Below are positions 51,679 through 63,985 of a stretch of 64,000 bases of DNA, piece after piece. Below the pieces are notes generated by a model. The model was not told where the DNA came from. It saw only the letters and a program-made list of their open reading frames with translations, and ran no database searches. The DNA is taken from positions 143,289 to 207,288 of the forward strand of contig NIVC01000657.1 in the NCBI GenBank assembly GCA_002269645.1, in the 5' to 3' direction. Position 1 is the stretch's first letter. Each line of letters opens with the position of its first letter. Made by a program: the position numbers and the translations under genes. This stretch comes from Macrostomum lignano (taxonomy: Eukaryota).

Positions 51679-54600
51679 ATGGCTCAATCAGGGAATGCGG
51701 TAAGTTTATATAGACCTTAAGAACGTAATTTTTACGATGTCCACAATTGCATTTTAGAGGATGTCAGTTTCTCAGAAGAAAATTAATAGTAGTTGTTTCA
51801 TAAAAAAATATTTTATACCACTACTAGACTGATGCAGCAGCCAGTGTGTCTCAGAGAGTCGACAACCTGCCTGGGCCGAAGAAGTGCACCTACAGAGCCA
51901 TCGAGCTGACAACCGGTGCCACCGCCTGTCTAATTCAAGAAGCTGAAGACGCCGACCCTTACGGACGTCCGTCGCAGTCAAATTTGATTGTCAGCCTTGG
52001 CGTCGGTCGTCAGCAAGATCCGCCAGACTGTCGTGGCCTGGCCGAGCTCTGCGCCGAACTGACGGTGCTCGAGCTTAACCAAAACTTTCTTTGTCAAAGC
52101 ATTCTCGACGATTTGACTTCTTACATAATTCATTTGGAATCGTTTCATCTCGAAAGCTTCTTAGAGGCTTTGTGCGCTGGAATTCGAAACCCCCGATTTG
52201 AAGAGGCCAACATAAAAAGTCTGCTTCACTGCCTTCAGTCTGGCCGATACAAACAAAGCTGGCCAGCTCTGGAGTTTCTGCAGCGCTGCTCGGGGAACAG
52301 CTCCTCAGCTCACCCATTCTATCGGCTTGCTCAACTGACGTCAGCCGAGCGAACTGTTGAATCATTGGAGATCAGTGAGCTTAGAAAACGACTGATTGAA
52401 TTTCACGAACGATACTACTCCGGCAATCTGCTGCGTATTGTGGCTGTTGATTCAAGATCGCTGGACACATTGGAGGCAAGTGTTCCTGTTCAAATATACG
52501 TTTAAAAAGAAGTCAAGCAGATTCTTCTAGCTGAAAGTATCCCAGCTACAAATGAAGCATGTAACAATCAATTTTAGAGCATTATTGTGACCACATTTGG
52601 CGGCATACCCAATCGTTCGGCTCCTAAAGTGGACATCAGCTCTCGAGAATTGGAGGACGTGAAAGTAAAATCGGGCGGAATCAAGGTAAGCATTCGAGTG
52701 GATTGAAACAAACAATAGCCTGTTTCAAACAATAAGAGAAACATAAAATGACTCTTTGCGCTGTTCAATCCCAGATTCGAGGCAAGAGCATGAACGTGGA
52801 CGGAATTCATCTCGTGTTTCCTCTGCCAGACCAATCCAGCTTGAGTAGCATTGCACCGGATCTTTATGTGAAGCATTTGCTGCGCAGCAAGCATGTCGGC
52901 AGCCTTGAAGCAAGTCTAAACTTGCACGGATTTAGCTTGAACTCTGCCCGGCTGATGGATTTCGGACAAGTTGGATTCGATTTCTTCTGCATTTCTGTGC
53001 AGTGCAATGCTGAAAATAATCAGATAGAAGACGAAAACATGGTCAGTTTTAATTTTTGTTATCTCTAACGATTGCTGGTTCAGTGTGTGACAGTAGTTGA
53101 GTGGCATGACCCTACTTCGAAGTAGATGCCAAGGCCCATGGGAGGTATTGCTGAAACTCTGTGTCTCATGGAGAGTTGTTCAGATGCCTTGAGCCAAAGC
53201 TCATAGGAACTCTCATATTTTAGGGTGGATACCTGGCTTTTAGAGCATCATTTAGAGCGACTGTACAAGGGAAAAACCTAAATGTAGTTTAAATAAAAAA
53301 AATGTACTCCTTTCTTTGTTGCCTTCCAAACGAGGGGCGCAGATTGCTAGTCTAAACATGAAAATACATTGACTTTATTCCTCGAATTCTCTACAGGCCA
53401 TCAAAATAGTGTTTCGCTACTTGGCCATGATTCGCAGTGTTGGCCCACTAAATTGGCTACACAATGAGCTTCGCTTGACTTTGCAACGCGAATTCGCACC
53501 GAAAGGAAAGCTGGAGGAGTTTGAGCCCATGGATCCTATGATTAATCTGCTACTGCATCTGGCATCTGACGATTATTCGTTAGCAACTCGGCTTCAAAGA
53601 TTTTCACAGCGCGACGCTTTAACAGCTCGACACCTGATCACTGAGTACTCGGCTCAGGCCATTGCAGACTTTCTAACCTTTTTGACGCCCGACAGGTGTA
53701 TTGTGTACGTCTCTGATATTGGTTGGAATAGCAAGCCCGCTTGCAACTACCAGAGTAAGCTTCTATTGGTCTATGACGGACGGATGTATTTCACGCTGTG
53801 GGGTTGTAGCGCCGTAGTGGGTTGGAGCCTTAGTGGTTAGAGCGTTAGACTCACGACTGATAGGTTGCACTCAGAACAATTTGTGTCCTTGAACAAGACA
53901 CTCTGCATTAACTCTACACTGTTTCAGTTCAACCAGCTGTAAAATGAGTGCCAGCATTAGCTGGTGTAATTGAGGGTGTGTGTGTTGCGACCCCCCCCCC
54001 CAGTCCTTGGACTGAACTAAGTAAGCAGTCTTCGGGATGCGCCGCGCAATAGCTGCGGCTGAGCTGTCGGTTGCACATCTGGCCATTAGGATAGGTGTAA
54101 TCATTATTATTATTATTCACGCTTGGACACAGAGTAACATACTTGACGATCGATAAATTCAATGCTGCTGTACATTCCATTTAATTGTGTTCCTCCGTAC
54201 GTATTTGTGTTCGTGTTTGTGCCTCAATGGTCTGCGGAATGGGTATGACTGCTTGTCTGACTTCCAGCCGTGTCGAAGCTCCCCAGCTACTAATTAACAT
54301 TAAGTCTCACATCTAATTACCGAAAGACTTAACGTCAATGCTTAAACAGTAGTATTTAAAGACGTCTTAATCTTGACCTTGCAGCTCCCAGTGGCAAGCT
54401 CTGCTGCGTGCCGGAAGGTCAGCAGGCTGAGTACTCCACCGAAAAGCTGTCACCAGCTCTTTTGAACCTCTGTTCAGCTCCGTGGCCGAAACAAGACTGC
54501 GATTTGGATAGAGAGTTCAAGATGCCGCATTCAAAGCCATTTATGCCTTCGGATATTAGTTTAAGACCGAGAGTTAGCAAAGCTCAGGTAAGAACTTTGA

Positions 54601-57356
54601 TTTGATATGTAGTCAAATTACAAGGTTGAACGAAAACTTTAATGTACTTTTGATTAAAGCTGTTTATCAGTCAATCTTCGATTAATAAAAGCTAAAATCG
54701 GTGCTTTTGCTACTTCTTTTATAATCTTCTAATAAAACTTCATACTAACATCTTAATCAGGATTGCAATAATTTGCTGTCGATAGTAAACAAAAGCTATG
54801 AAAAGTTACTTTTTTCAGTAATTATTACCAAGTTTGTTTAACCATGTAATACTCGTACAACTGGACCTCATCTGAGGACAAAAAAAGATAAAATCGCATT
54901 TTCACGAAGTTGTGTCAGCTCTTAATTGATCCCAACAGGCGTGCGTCACAATTTCTTTATTTGAACACCTGCTGCTTATCCGCATTTTCCCTCAGCTTCC
55001 GGGGCCTAGGCAGCTTCGCATACCACCAATGCCGAACTCGGTTTCGTCAAACTCCCGACTCTGGTTCAGACAGGACGACAGGTTTCAGTCCGATTTGGCC
55101 TACATTTCAATCGACCTAATTCCTCCAATTGAATGCAGTCCAAAGAATCAAATTATCTTGGAAATTTTGGTTCAACTATTTTCTAAAGCGTTGCACAAGC
55201 TCAAGAAGCAAGCTGCCGAAGTCTGTATGGAGTTGAGCATCTCCCGTAGCAGCAACGGTATCCAGCTGTGCTTTTCCGGATACAACGAACCGCTGCTCAA
55301 GTTAATAACGACTGCTCTGCATCAGATTGCCGATCTGAAGATCACCAAAGAAAGCGTTCACAAGGTCTGCTGTGGCGTTATTCATATCCTTTAAAGACTT
55401 GTCAAATTTTACTTTAATTACATACTTTGCCTATCAATACTAATTTCAGGTCGGCTCAAAGGTTTTGCACCTTGCAGATGAATCGGCGAGCAAAGATGAA
55501 GAAGTCGACCAGCTCGCGTGCCAGTTGAACTTGGCTGGCTACTCGCATATGCAGCAGAAACTGGATGGGAGCAGTCTCAATGGTGAGCAGTTATACTGTT
55601 GTTTCGTCAAAAGGCATATCTGCTTGCACTATCCAATTTTGCGACACTCTAGGCGTACCAATCAAGGATTTAATGTCCGTTGCCAGTTACTTTTGCGAAG
55701 CCGCCAAAACAGTACAAAAACAGCCGAGCAAAAGCCCAAGACCGGTGCGAAATCTGCACCGGGTCTGTTTGCTGACATCCTGGTGTTTGGCAACGCTACC
55801 GCGGACGATGCAGTCAAAGCTGCTCAATCGATCCTGACTGCCCTGCCGTCGCTCTCGTCAACAGCAAAGATGACATCGAATCCTAAAGACCAGCAGCGTC
55901 GCCCTGAGCACCTTCTTAGCAAAGGCAGTTACAGTACAGTGCAACTTGGAGGCGCTGAAAAATGCGTGGCTGTCAGTCAGAGCGACTGCTACAGCAGCAC
56001 CTCCTGCGTCTGCGCCATTCTCATTCAAATTCCATTAGCAAAAGCAAAGCCTCCAATATCGATGAGTGCCGCAACGAAAGCGCTAGGGAAGAGTTTTTCA
56101 CGCGAGCAAGTCACGATTGTCTGCTACAGATGATGCTAGCAGCTGCTGTTGCTACGCCTTCTGACAGGATTGAAAGTAAAATATCGCTTGGTTACGGCGC
56201 GAACTGTGTCATATTTCAGAAGATCATCGAGCAGTCACCTGCTAAGGTAAGTTTCAAGCATTTTTTGCCAAGTTTGCCATTTTCCCCAGTAGTTAGGTTT
56301 TCCTGTCATGGTGATAATTCCTTGTGAACTCAGAATTATAGCCTATTATAAGTAAACTTAAGTCTTGTCTTAAGTCTTAGGGTCGTAGCCTAGTGGTTAT
56401 AGCGTCACACTCAGCACTGAAAGATGCGGACCCACGCGAAATAAACCTTATGTCCTTGAGCAAGACACTTAACTCTGCATCGTTGCTTCAGTTAAACCAG
56501 CTGCAAAATGGGCAACAGCATTAGCTGGGGTTATTGATGGTGTGTGTAGCGACTCCCAGTCCTTACGCAGCGAAACGAGCCGTATGAAGGGATTGAGGGC
56601 AGGAATTACTATTATAAAATCGTGCTGATTTGAAGCCCCAGAATGAAAAATCTTTTTTAGATGGAAAAAGAGATCGAGCCCTTTATTGCTAAGATCGGCA
56701 ATCACCTGACTGCCATGTCTTCGGAGTCTTTAGAGACCTACAAGCAGAAAGCTCTTCAATCAATGCAAGCATTGACAGTCCTAAAAGCATGGAGCAGCAT
56801 CACTCAATGTACTGGACTCGCATCATGTCCAGAAATTTCGAATTCAGTTGGGATGACCCGCGAGCGATGGACTGTCTGCGCGCTATTGTGGACAGTATAA
56901 AAAAGGAGGACCTGTTGAACTACTGGAAGGTAAACGTCTGGCTTTACATATAAATTCAATTCAATTTTGTGACAGCCAACTGTCGGTAAATCCCTGATCA
57001 ATAAATAAATGAGTGATTTAGTTGCTACTGCACTCCAAGACGTGCAAACCCTTTTATCAGTAAGACGTCAATAATCATCCCCAACCTAACGCCCCTAAAT
57101 CTATAGAAATGGTTTTGTTCGGAATCTAAAGACCGCTCCATGCTCTGTCTCCAAAACTATTGCCGAATGGACATCGACAAGTCCGGAACGTCTGTAAGTA
57201 TTTTTTACCGTGCCTTTTTATTTATCGTTTTAGCCGTCTATCCGTCAAAAAATGTTGCAGGGCAAAGTCATCGCGGATCTGGAGAAGTTCAAGAACTCTC
57301 TTGAGCCGGCTGCCCTACCGATACCAAGCTGTCTCAAGACTGTGCACGACGCCTAA
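51679..57356 (+). CDS. IDE-like (M16A) pseudo-protease, copy B; three single-base frameshifts (young pseudogene or assembly errors)
   Basis: Exons 51679-51699, 51828-52475, 52578-52685, 52775-53041, 53397-53754, 54385-54587, 54996-55364, 55450-55582, 55653-56246, 56661-56929, 57107-57193, 57261-57356; intron positions and phases match copy A. HxxEH position reads ELCAE. One base is missing near 55720, 56090 and 56780. Confidence 0.78.
53820..54060 (+). mobile_element. SINE family 2 (tRNA head plus CORE-like domain)
   Basis: A-box-like GAGCCTTAGTGGTTAG; TGTGTCCTTGAACAAGACACT...CAGCTGTAAAATGAG resembles the CORE-SINE domain; second copy at 56378-56600. Confidence 0.7.
56378..56600 (+). mobile_element. 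SINE family 2 (tRNA head plus CORE-like domain)
   Basis: TAGCCTAGTGGTTA A box; TATGTCCTTGAGCAAGACACTTAACTCT...CAGCTGCAAAATGGG; collinear with 53820-54060. Confidence 0.7.
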
Positions 57357-58039
57357 TCTCATTGAGCTAAGACTTCCTTGTCAAGATTGTGATCGCTGTA
57401 TACATTTTGTGTTTGCAAAAATATAACGAGGTAATATACAGCTTTAAGTTCTGCACCTCTGACCTGACCGACCACAAAATAGTGTTTGTTTATTGAAATC
57501 TGTCGAGCCTGTGTCAAACCAAGTTCTGTAGCCAGTATAATTGGTTTGAAATTCTCTACTTGATTGTCTTTTAACCAGAAAGAATTGAGCTTTAAAAAGC
57601 TGACTTGGAATGCAGTCAGTTGGAAGAGTGCAGCTTGGAATTGATTGGCCTTAGGGTCAACCATACTGCGGATCACAGCTGGCGATAGCATTGTCCATTG
57701 TACGCATTGTACGCTCAACGCTTCGAAAGCATTGCGTAGGGCTACTAAAAATATATTAATGATTTGATATATGACAAACACATTGTCTCATGAATGTATT
57801 TTTAGAACCCTAAAATAATGATTCCTAAGCGTGGAATAATGAGCGTACAGCATGACACAATGAGACAATGTTCTTATTTATATAGTTTTTAGGTAATTCT
57901 ATATGGAAAGAGTGCACAAATTCGTATCCTTTATGTCTGTTGTCTATGGTAAAAACTGTTTCAAATCGCCAAGCCAATGAATTCATCAGGCACGCATTTT
58001 AGCCCACAAACTACACTGTCTTAGGCCGTTCCTCTCAGT

Positions 58040-59946
58040 TTGTTTATTCGATAGAGGCGATAACAAAGGAAGCATTTCGCATTGGGTGAGTATCAAGGCA
58101 ATGACCGATGCGACAATTGGAAGAGATACAAAATTACGGGCCGAAAAGAACGACTGCAATTTGGTGATGATCATTCATGGAAGGTGACATTGGAGCATGT
58201 GGACAGCTTTGGACCAAAATCCTCTCTTGACTTTAAAGGGGATACGACGTATTTTACGGGATCAGTTTGATGAAGTGAACGTGAGCGAAACAACTGTGAG
58301 TCTTACTTTGGATGTACCTAGGTCGTGATGCAAATTTTGTGGCACAGTTCAAGTATTCAGCATTGGCCCCTTTTCAACAGGCGTTACTATGAGTGATCTG
58401 CAGTCCATCGTAGATGTTTTTCTCAACTCGTCTAAAGTCGAGTCCCAGCCGCAGACGGAAGAGGCATCACCTTGGATTTTATTCGCTGATATTCTGGTGC
58501 TCATGATGATGCTATCACGTCTGCTCAATCCGTTCTGTCAGTGATTCCAGCTTTGTCAGCTGAGACAGCAACAGAATTAGAGTCCGATTTTTCTAGATTC
58601 CGTCGCCCAGAGCGCCACCTTTGCAAGGGAAGCCACAGCACCATCCAGCGGTGCCAGGACCAAGAATCACACAGAGCTCATCGCCAACGACATGCTGCCT
58701 CTACTTGCGGCTTCGTCATTCAGATTCCTGTGGCGATGGACGAGCCTCCGTGGCGATGACGAATGCTATGAAGAAACTGGGAGAAGAGTTCTGCAACCGA
58801 GCCTGTCACAGCTATCTGCTACAGTATATATTGGAAGTTTCTAATGGAGTGGAAATATGCAAAGTCTTCCGAGCCGTATCGCGAGGTTACAGTGGCAATT
58901 GTTTCCTGGTTGAAATGAGCCACGACAATTCACCTGCAAAGGTTGGACAAACGAAAACCTTACTGAGTGATATTTGATGCGCGATACTAATTTATACGTG
59001 TCATTTGGAAGTAACCAGTCTCTTTGCGCAATGATATTCATTTTTGAGATTAAAATTGTCGAATAATATTTTTACATTATTTCCCTGCTACTTTCTCTCA
59101 GATGGAGAAGCAAATCGAGTCTTTTATTGCTGAGATCGAAAATCACTTGACTGCAATGTCTTCGGAGTCTTTAGAGACCTACAAGCAGAAAGCTCTTCAA
59201 GCAATGCAAGCATTGACAGTCCCTAAAAGCATTGAGCAGCAGTACTCAATGTACATGTACTGGACTCGTATCATGTCCAGCAACTTCGAATTCACCTGGG
59301 ATGACCCGCGAGCGATGGACTGTCTGCGCGCCATTGTGGACAGCATCGGAAAGGAGGACCTGTTGAACTACTGGAAGGTATATTTTTGGTTGATTAGGTC
59401 GCTGAGTCGATTACCGATCGACTTCTATCAATCTTATTAGTGTCATGGATCTTGAGCTGAGTCATGCACGAACACCTGTTGTTAGTTATATTCTACTTAA
59501 ACAGGGCGCACTTTGTGTTAGCTGGTTTTGTGCTTGGTACATTTGTATCTCCTTAAAAGGTCACGTCAAGGATGATCACCGGGGTTGCTTAATTGTTTAT
59601 TTCCATAGCCTTTCAATTTCTTTATCTTCTCCCCGCAGAAATGGTTCTGTTTCGGATCGCCAGATCGAACTGTTTTCGAGCTACAGAACTATTCAAAACT
59701 AGCGATTGATGAATCTGGAACATCCGTAAGTGTTGAAAAATCTTTACAAACCTAGTTATACCTTCACGCATGTAATTTGTTATTTTAAATTTGAATATAC
59801 CATAGTTTCAAAATTTGTTTCCTAGACTTTGCTTTTAAATAACTCATAATCGTGATTTCTAAAATCATTTGTAGGGCACAATCATTTCCGACTTGGAGAC
59901 GTTAAAAAGTAGTCTGGAAGCATATCCAATACGATCACTTAATTGA
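58040..59946 (+). pseudogene. IDE-like copy C: C-terminal half only, disrupted
   Basis: Exons 58381-58941, 59102-59377, 59639-59725, 59875-59946 are homologous to the last four exons of B, plus decayed upstream bits at 58040-58300. About 13 nt (FGNA codons) deleted near 58500 and a one-base frameshift near 58750; no N-terminal exons found. Confidence 0.72.
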
Positions 59947-60689
59947 CTGTAGTTTGAAACTAGACATAACGCTCATGTATGCTTGCTGTACTACTGAATC
60001 AAATAAAATACGATTACGAAACATAAACTCGAGCCTTTTTTCATTAAGTAATTCGATCAGTTTTTAACTTATACGAGCTTATAAGAATAGTGACAATTAT
60101 TTCATTTTACGAGTACGAAGCGACGTCATTTGTTTTTTGTTTTCAATAAAAAAACTAATACAATATAATGTATGGCCATCAGTTGTGATAAATCTGAAAA
60201 ATGCGTTATCTACAGATCTACATGTACGAGTACTATCCGACAGATAGTCAACTGCCGGAGAGATGAGAGATGGAGATCACGCAGTTAAGAACATTCAATG
60301 TCTCAGGGATACCATACGGAGAACTTGTGCATTGTACGAAGCGTTTACGTACTTGGGGATGACAACCGAAACGATGAAGTGCATTGGAGCAGTTTTCAAT
60401 AGAAATTAGCTACTGCAACGCATCTAGTCTATTAAACTAAGACACTCGCGACTCGCCAGCGTTAATTTGGCGCTATTTATTACTTCTAATCTCAATACAA
60501 GAATGGCCAGAGACTAAAAGTCCTTTAAACTTTTATCATGGACATCAAAGTGGAATTTCAATTTATTTGGCATAAATTTACGCTTTACGAGCATAAGATT
60601 GTCTTAATCTACAATACGCCTATTTAAATTATATTTCGACGTAAAGCTAAAGGTCGACTGCAAGTTTTTCTCAGTCAGACTGTTCTAAA

Positions 60690-63361
60690 ATGTCGTCGAG
60701 GATTAAGCAACGCTTTGATAACATCGAGTCACCGCGCAGTTTTTGGTCCAACTTCTTGGAATGCCGCGGTATCGAGCTGCACAACGGCGTTCAGGCGCTG
60801 CTGATTCGGCACAACGTCGACGATTGCCAGACAGATTCGGAGCGCAACTGGACGATGGAGTCATTTCTCTGCGTCAGCATGGGTGCCGGCCAAAGGCACG
60901 ACCCGCCTGACTGTCTCGGCCTGTCTCAGCTCTGTAACGAAATTATTGCTGCTCAACAAAGCTTGGAATTAGATAATCAACAACCGCAAACCAGTCATGA
61001 TTACTGGGAACTTACGGAAGCATCGGAAAGAGCCTCGCCTTTGGAGGACATCATGTCTCAGTAATAACTTCTTTGATCAAACTGAGTCTTGTAAAATTCA
61101 AACTTGTAGTTTAACACTCCTCAATGTAGCAATAGAAATCCATGAGAAACCTTTGAGGACACGATTTTGCAAGTGATGCACATAGTGAAAATAAGAAACA
61201 TTTTATCCTGCATATTTACCCATTTCTGTTAACACGAAGTGAAGACATTTTTAGACAAAAAGCACCTCACAAAAATGAAATAGGGTACGAGCGTATGCAT
61301 GCAGTAAAAGTTTTGCGTCAATACGAGCGTACATTGTTCTTATACTAGCTCTAAACTTCACGATGCTTAACCCTTCAGGACAAAAACAGACGTGAGCATG
61401 TTTTGTATAATAAATAAGTCCTTTCAACAACTGCATCATGTTACGAAGTTGCTTGCCAATAGCCTCGAGCGACCGGACTTTTCGGAGGCAAACATTAATC
61501 GACTGATGCGGCTATCGCTCGACAGGGAAAGCCGCAAACTCTCCTTCGCCCGGTCACCCCTGCACCTGCTGGAGAGCCGCACCTCCAACCCGCAGCATCC
61601 GTGCAATCGGCATGCAGTCTGCGATCCATCAGCCACCGTTGCCGCTTTCAGCGCGGCCGAGTTGCGCACCCGCCTAATTGAGTTTCATTCGCAGCACTAC
61701 CGCGTTAGCGACTTTCGCATAGCTGTGGCGGATCCCCGTCCTCTAGACGAACTGCAGGTAAGTCCAACTGTTTCGTAGAGCTTGTTAACATCTCAGCATC
61801 TAAAATCTCTAGTTAACTCGTTAACATCAAAAAGCCATCAAACTATCTTTAATAATGCAATCGAAGTCAGAATACAGAACACACTGTATCTGTTAGAACA
61901 AGAAAAGGACAAAAATGTTTTAAAATTTTCGATGATTTCAGAGCCTCATCGAGGTTGCTTTTTCGAGCATGCAAGAAAACTTGCCCGTTTCTTCACCAAT
62001 CGTGAATGAGAATGTCGGTCATCCCTACGACGGCACGGAAACGGCAGTCAAGGTATTTTCATCCTTTTTGTAATAGTTATCTATTCTAAGCCATGGAAGC
62101 AATTTATTTGAATAGCACAATATTCATCCTCTATTTGTAATTTTTCGCGGCCCAGTGGCTGCAATATAAAACGAACAAAGTAACCCGTATACCGCTCGCA
62201 GATTCGCGCCCTAAATGCATCTTTTAATGGCATCTACATTGCCTTTCCGCTGCCGGATCAGTCGACAAAATTCGCCTCGTCGCCGGACCTGTACCTGCAG
62301 TTCCTGCTAGCTTGCGACAAACCGTACGGTCTCAATGCTTTTCTGAAGACTAATAGCGCGGCCGTTACTGCCTCGGATTCTGATCCCGCCACTGGCTACG
62401 ACACATTTTACATTTTTGTGCACTGCAACAGAAAATTGAATCCGCGTTGTGAGGACATGGTAATGTTACGAGTAAATTTCTTTAATAGGAGCTCATCGGT
62501 ATTGAGCAAAATTAACACCTCTCGATAACAAGTGCTGGAAGCTCACTTTTAGATTAAGAAATAAGATTGCCGACAAAACTGAGCTTCTTAAAGCTATTTC
62601 CAACCTTTTTTCGAGAAACCATCAAGCATCAAGTAGCGAACGGAGGCTAGTATAGTAGTATAGTAGGCATGTCTCGAACGGATCCCAGCCAGAATACTGA
62701 TTTCAGGAAATCTGGACGCAATTCCAAGTTCCGACTTATCCCGAATCCCGATACTGAAATCCCCAGCGTTCGTGACAAGTCAGGGCAAAAGTTTCCGGTC
62801 ACGAGTTTTGAAAATATTACTTTGCATGCAGCTCACAAGTTTCTAAAATTGTCCTGGATGGTACATGTAGGAAGGAAATTTAACTTTTTCTTAAATAAAA
62901 GGCTTAAAGCTGTTATGGATAATAAATTTCTTCGTACCCTGTGGCTCATTTGTGGTCTATAGGGTGCAGCAGTTTACTCCTTAATTATGGATGCTCTGAT
63001 TGTGACATCTTGATTCCCGTTGTGCACCTTTAGATCATCACTGCCGTCTTTCGCTACCTGGCCATGCTCCGATCAGTTGGGACGCAAAAGTGGCTTTTTG
63101 ATGAGGTGCAAGATTGGCTTAACGAGTGCGAACTACATGTAAACGCGAATCAACAATGGAGGCGCTCTGACATCGACGAGCTGTGCTTCAGGCTGCGACG
63201 GTATCCGCTGCAACACGTGCTGACGGCTCGTCGCCAGCTAACGAAATACTCGGCGGAGGAGATTAAAGACTTATTGGAACTTCTGACTCCCGAACGGTGC
63301 AAAGTGTTCGTGCCCGAGCGGTTTGTTACCAAATTTGACGGACGGGCTAAGGGAACTCAGT
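60690..63361 (+). CDS. IDE-like (M16A) pseudo-protease, copy D, 5' part (continues past the window end)
   Basis: Exons 60690-61060, 61379-61757, 61942-62052, 62202-62459, 63034-63361, in frame. CRGIELHNGVQALLI matches IDE YRGLELANGIKVLLI; HDPPDCLGL; SNPQHP; FPLPDQ; VFRYLAMLRS; RYPLQHVLTA. HxxEH position reads QLCNE. Confidence 0.83.
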
Positions 63362-63409
63362 GTAAGAGAAATTTTAATTGTACAATTTTGCATGCACCCG
63401 CATTTTTTT

Positions 63410-63765
63410 AGCGGCAGGGGGGTTGTGTGCACCCTGGCGCACTTTAAGCGACATAAGCACACAACCGGCGAGAGGCATTACTGCCCATTCCGTCGACTCC
63501 CCTGAGCAGGCATACAAGCGCGCGGATACGTACGCAGGCACACACTCACACAGGAGTGTACAGCGGCCCTAACTTTATTTTATCGTTAGGCATGTACACT
63601 TCACTGCGCCTTGGGGGGTTGGCTCTCAAGGCCGTTAATTGCACAAGCGAGCCAAGCCAAAATTCCAATTCAGCCCCAAATTAATGTGACTGCACTTGGA
63701 ATCTAGCCTGGGTCGCTGGCACACCAGAGCCTGCGCTAGACCGCTGGGCTACGGCCCCCCTCATG
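63410..63765 (-). mobile_element. SINE family 1 copy with tRNA head
   Basis: A box TAGCCCAGCGG, degenerate B box GGCTAGATTCC, hairpin variant CCTAAC...GTTAGG at 63556-63599. Confidence 0.75.
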
Positions 63766-63794
63766 CACCCGCGTTGGTCAAGTTCATGTAAATT

Positions 63795-63985
63795 CACAAT
63801 ATTGTCGTCATTAATGAACGACTGCACAATAGGACAGTAGACGTCATTAATGAACGACTGCACAATAGGACAGTAGACGTCATTAATGAACGACTGCACA
63901 ATAGGACAGTAGACGTCATTAATGAACGACTGCACAATAGGACAGTAGACGTCATTATGAACGACTGCACAATAGGACAGTAGAA
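63795..63985. repeat. 36-bp minisatellite (GTCATTAATGAACGACTGCACAATAGGACAGTAGAC)
   Basis: About 5 visible units. Confidence 0.93.

Noticed and set aside
57359-57781. 140-aa minus-strand ORF between copies B and C
   Set aside because: No recognisable domain or convincing splice partners; a BLASTP/HMMER search would settle it.
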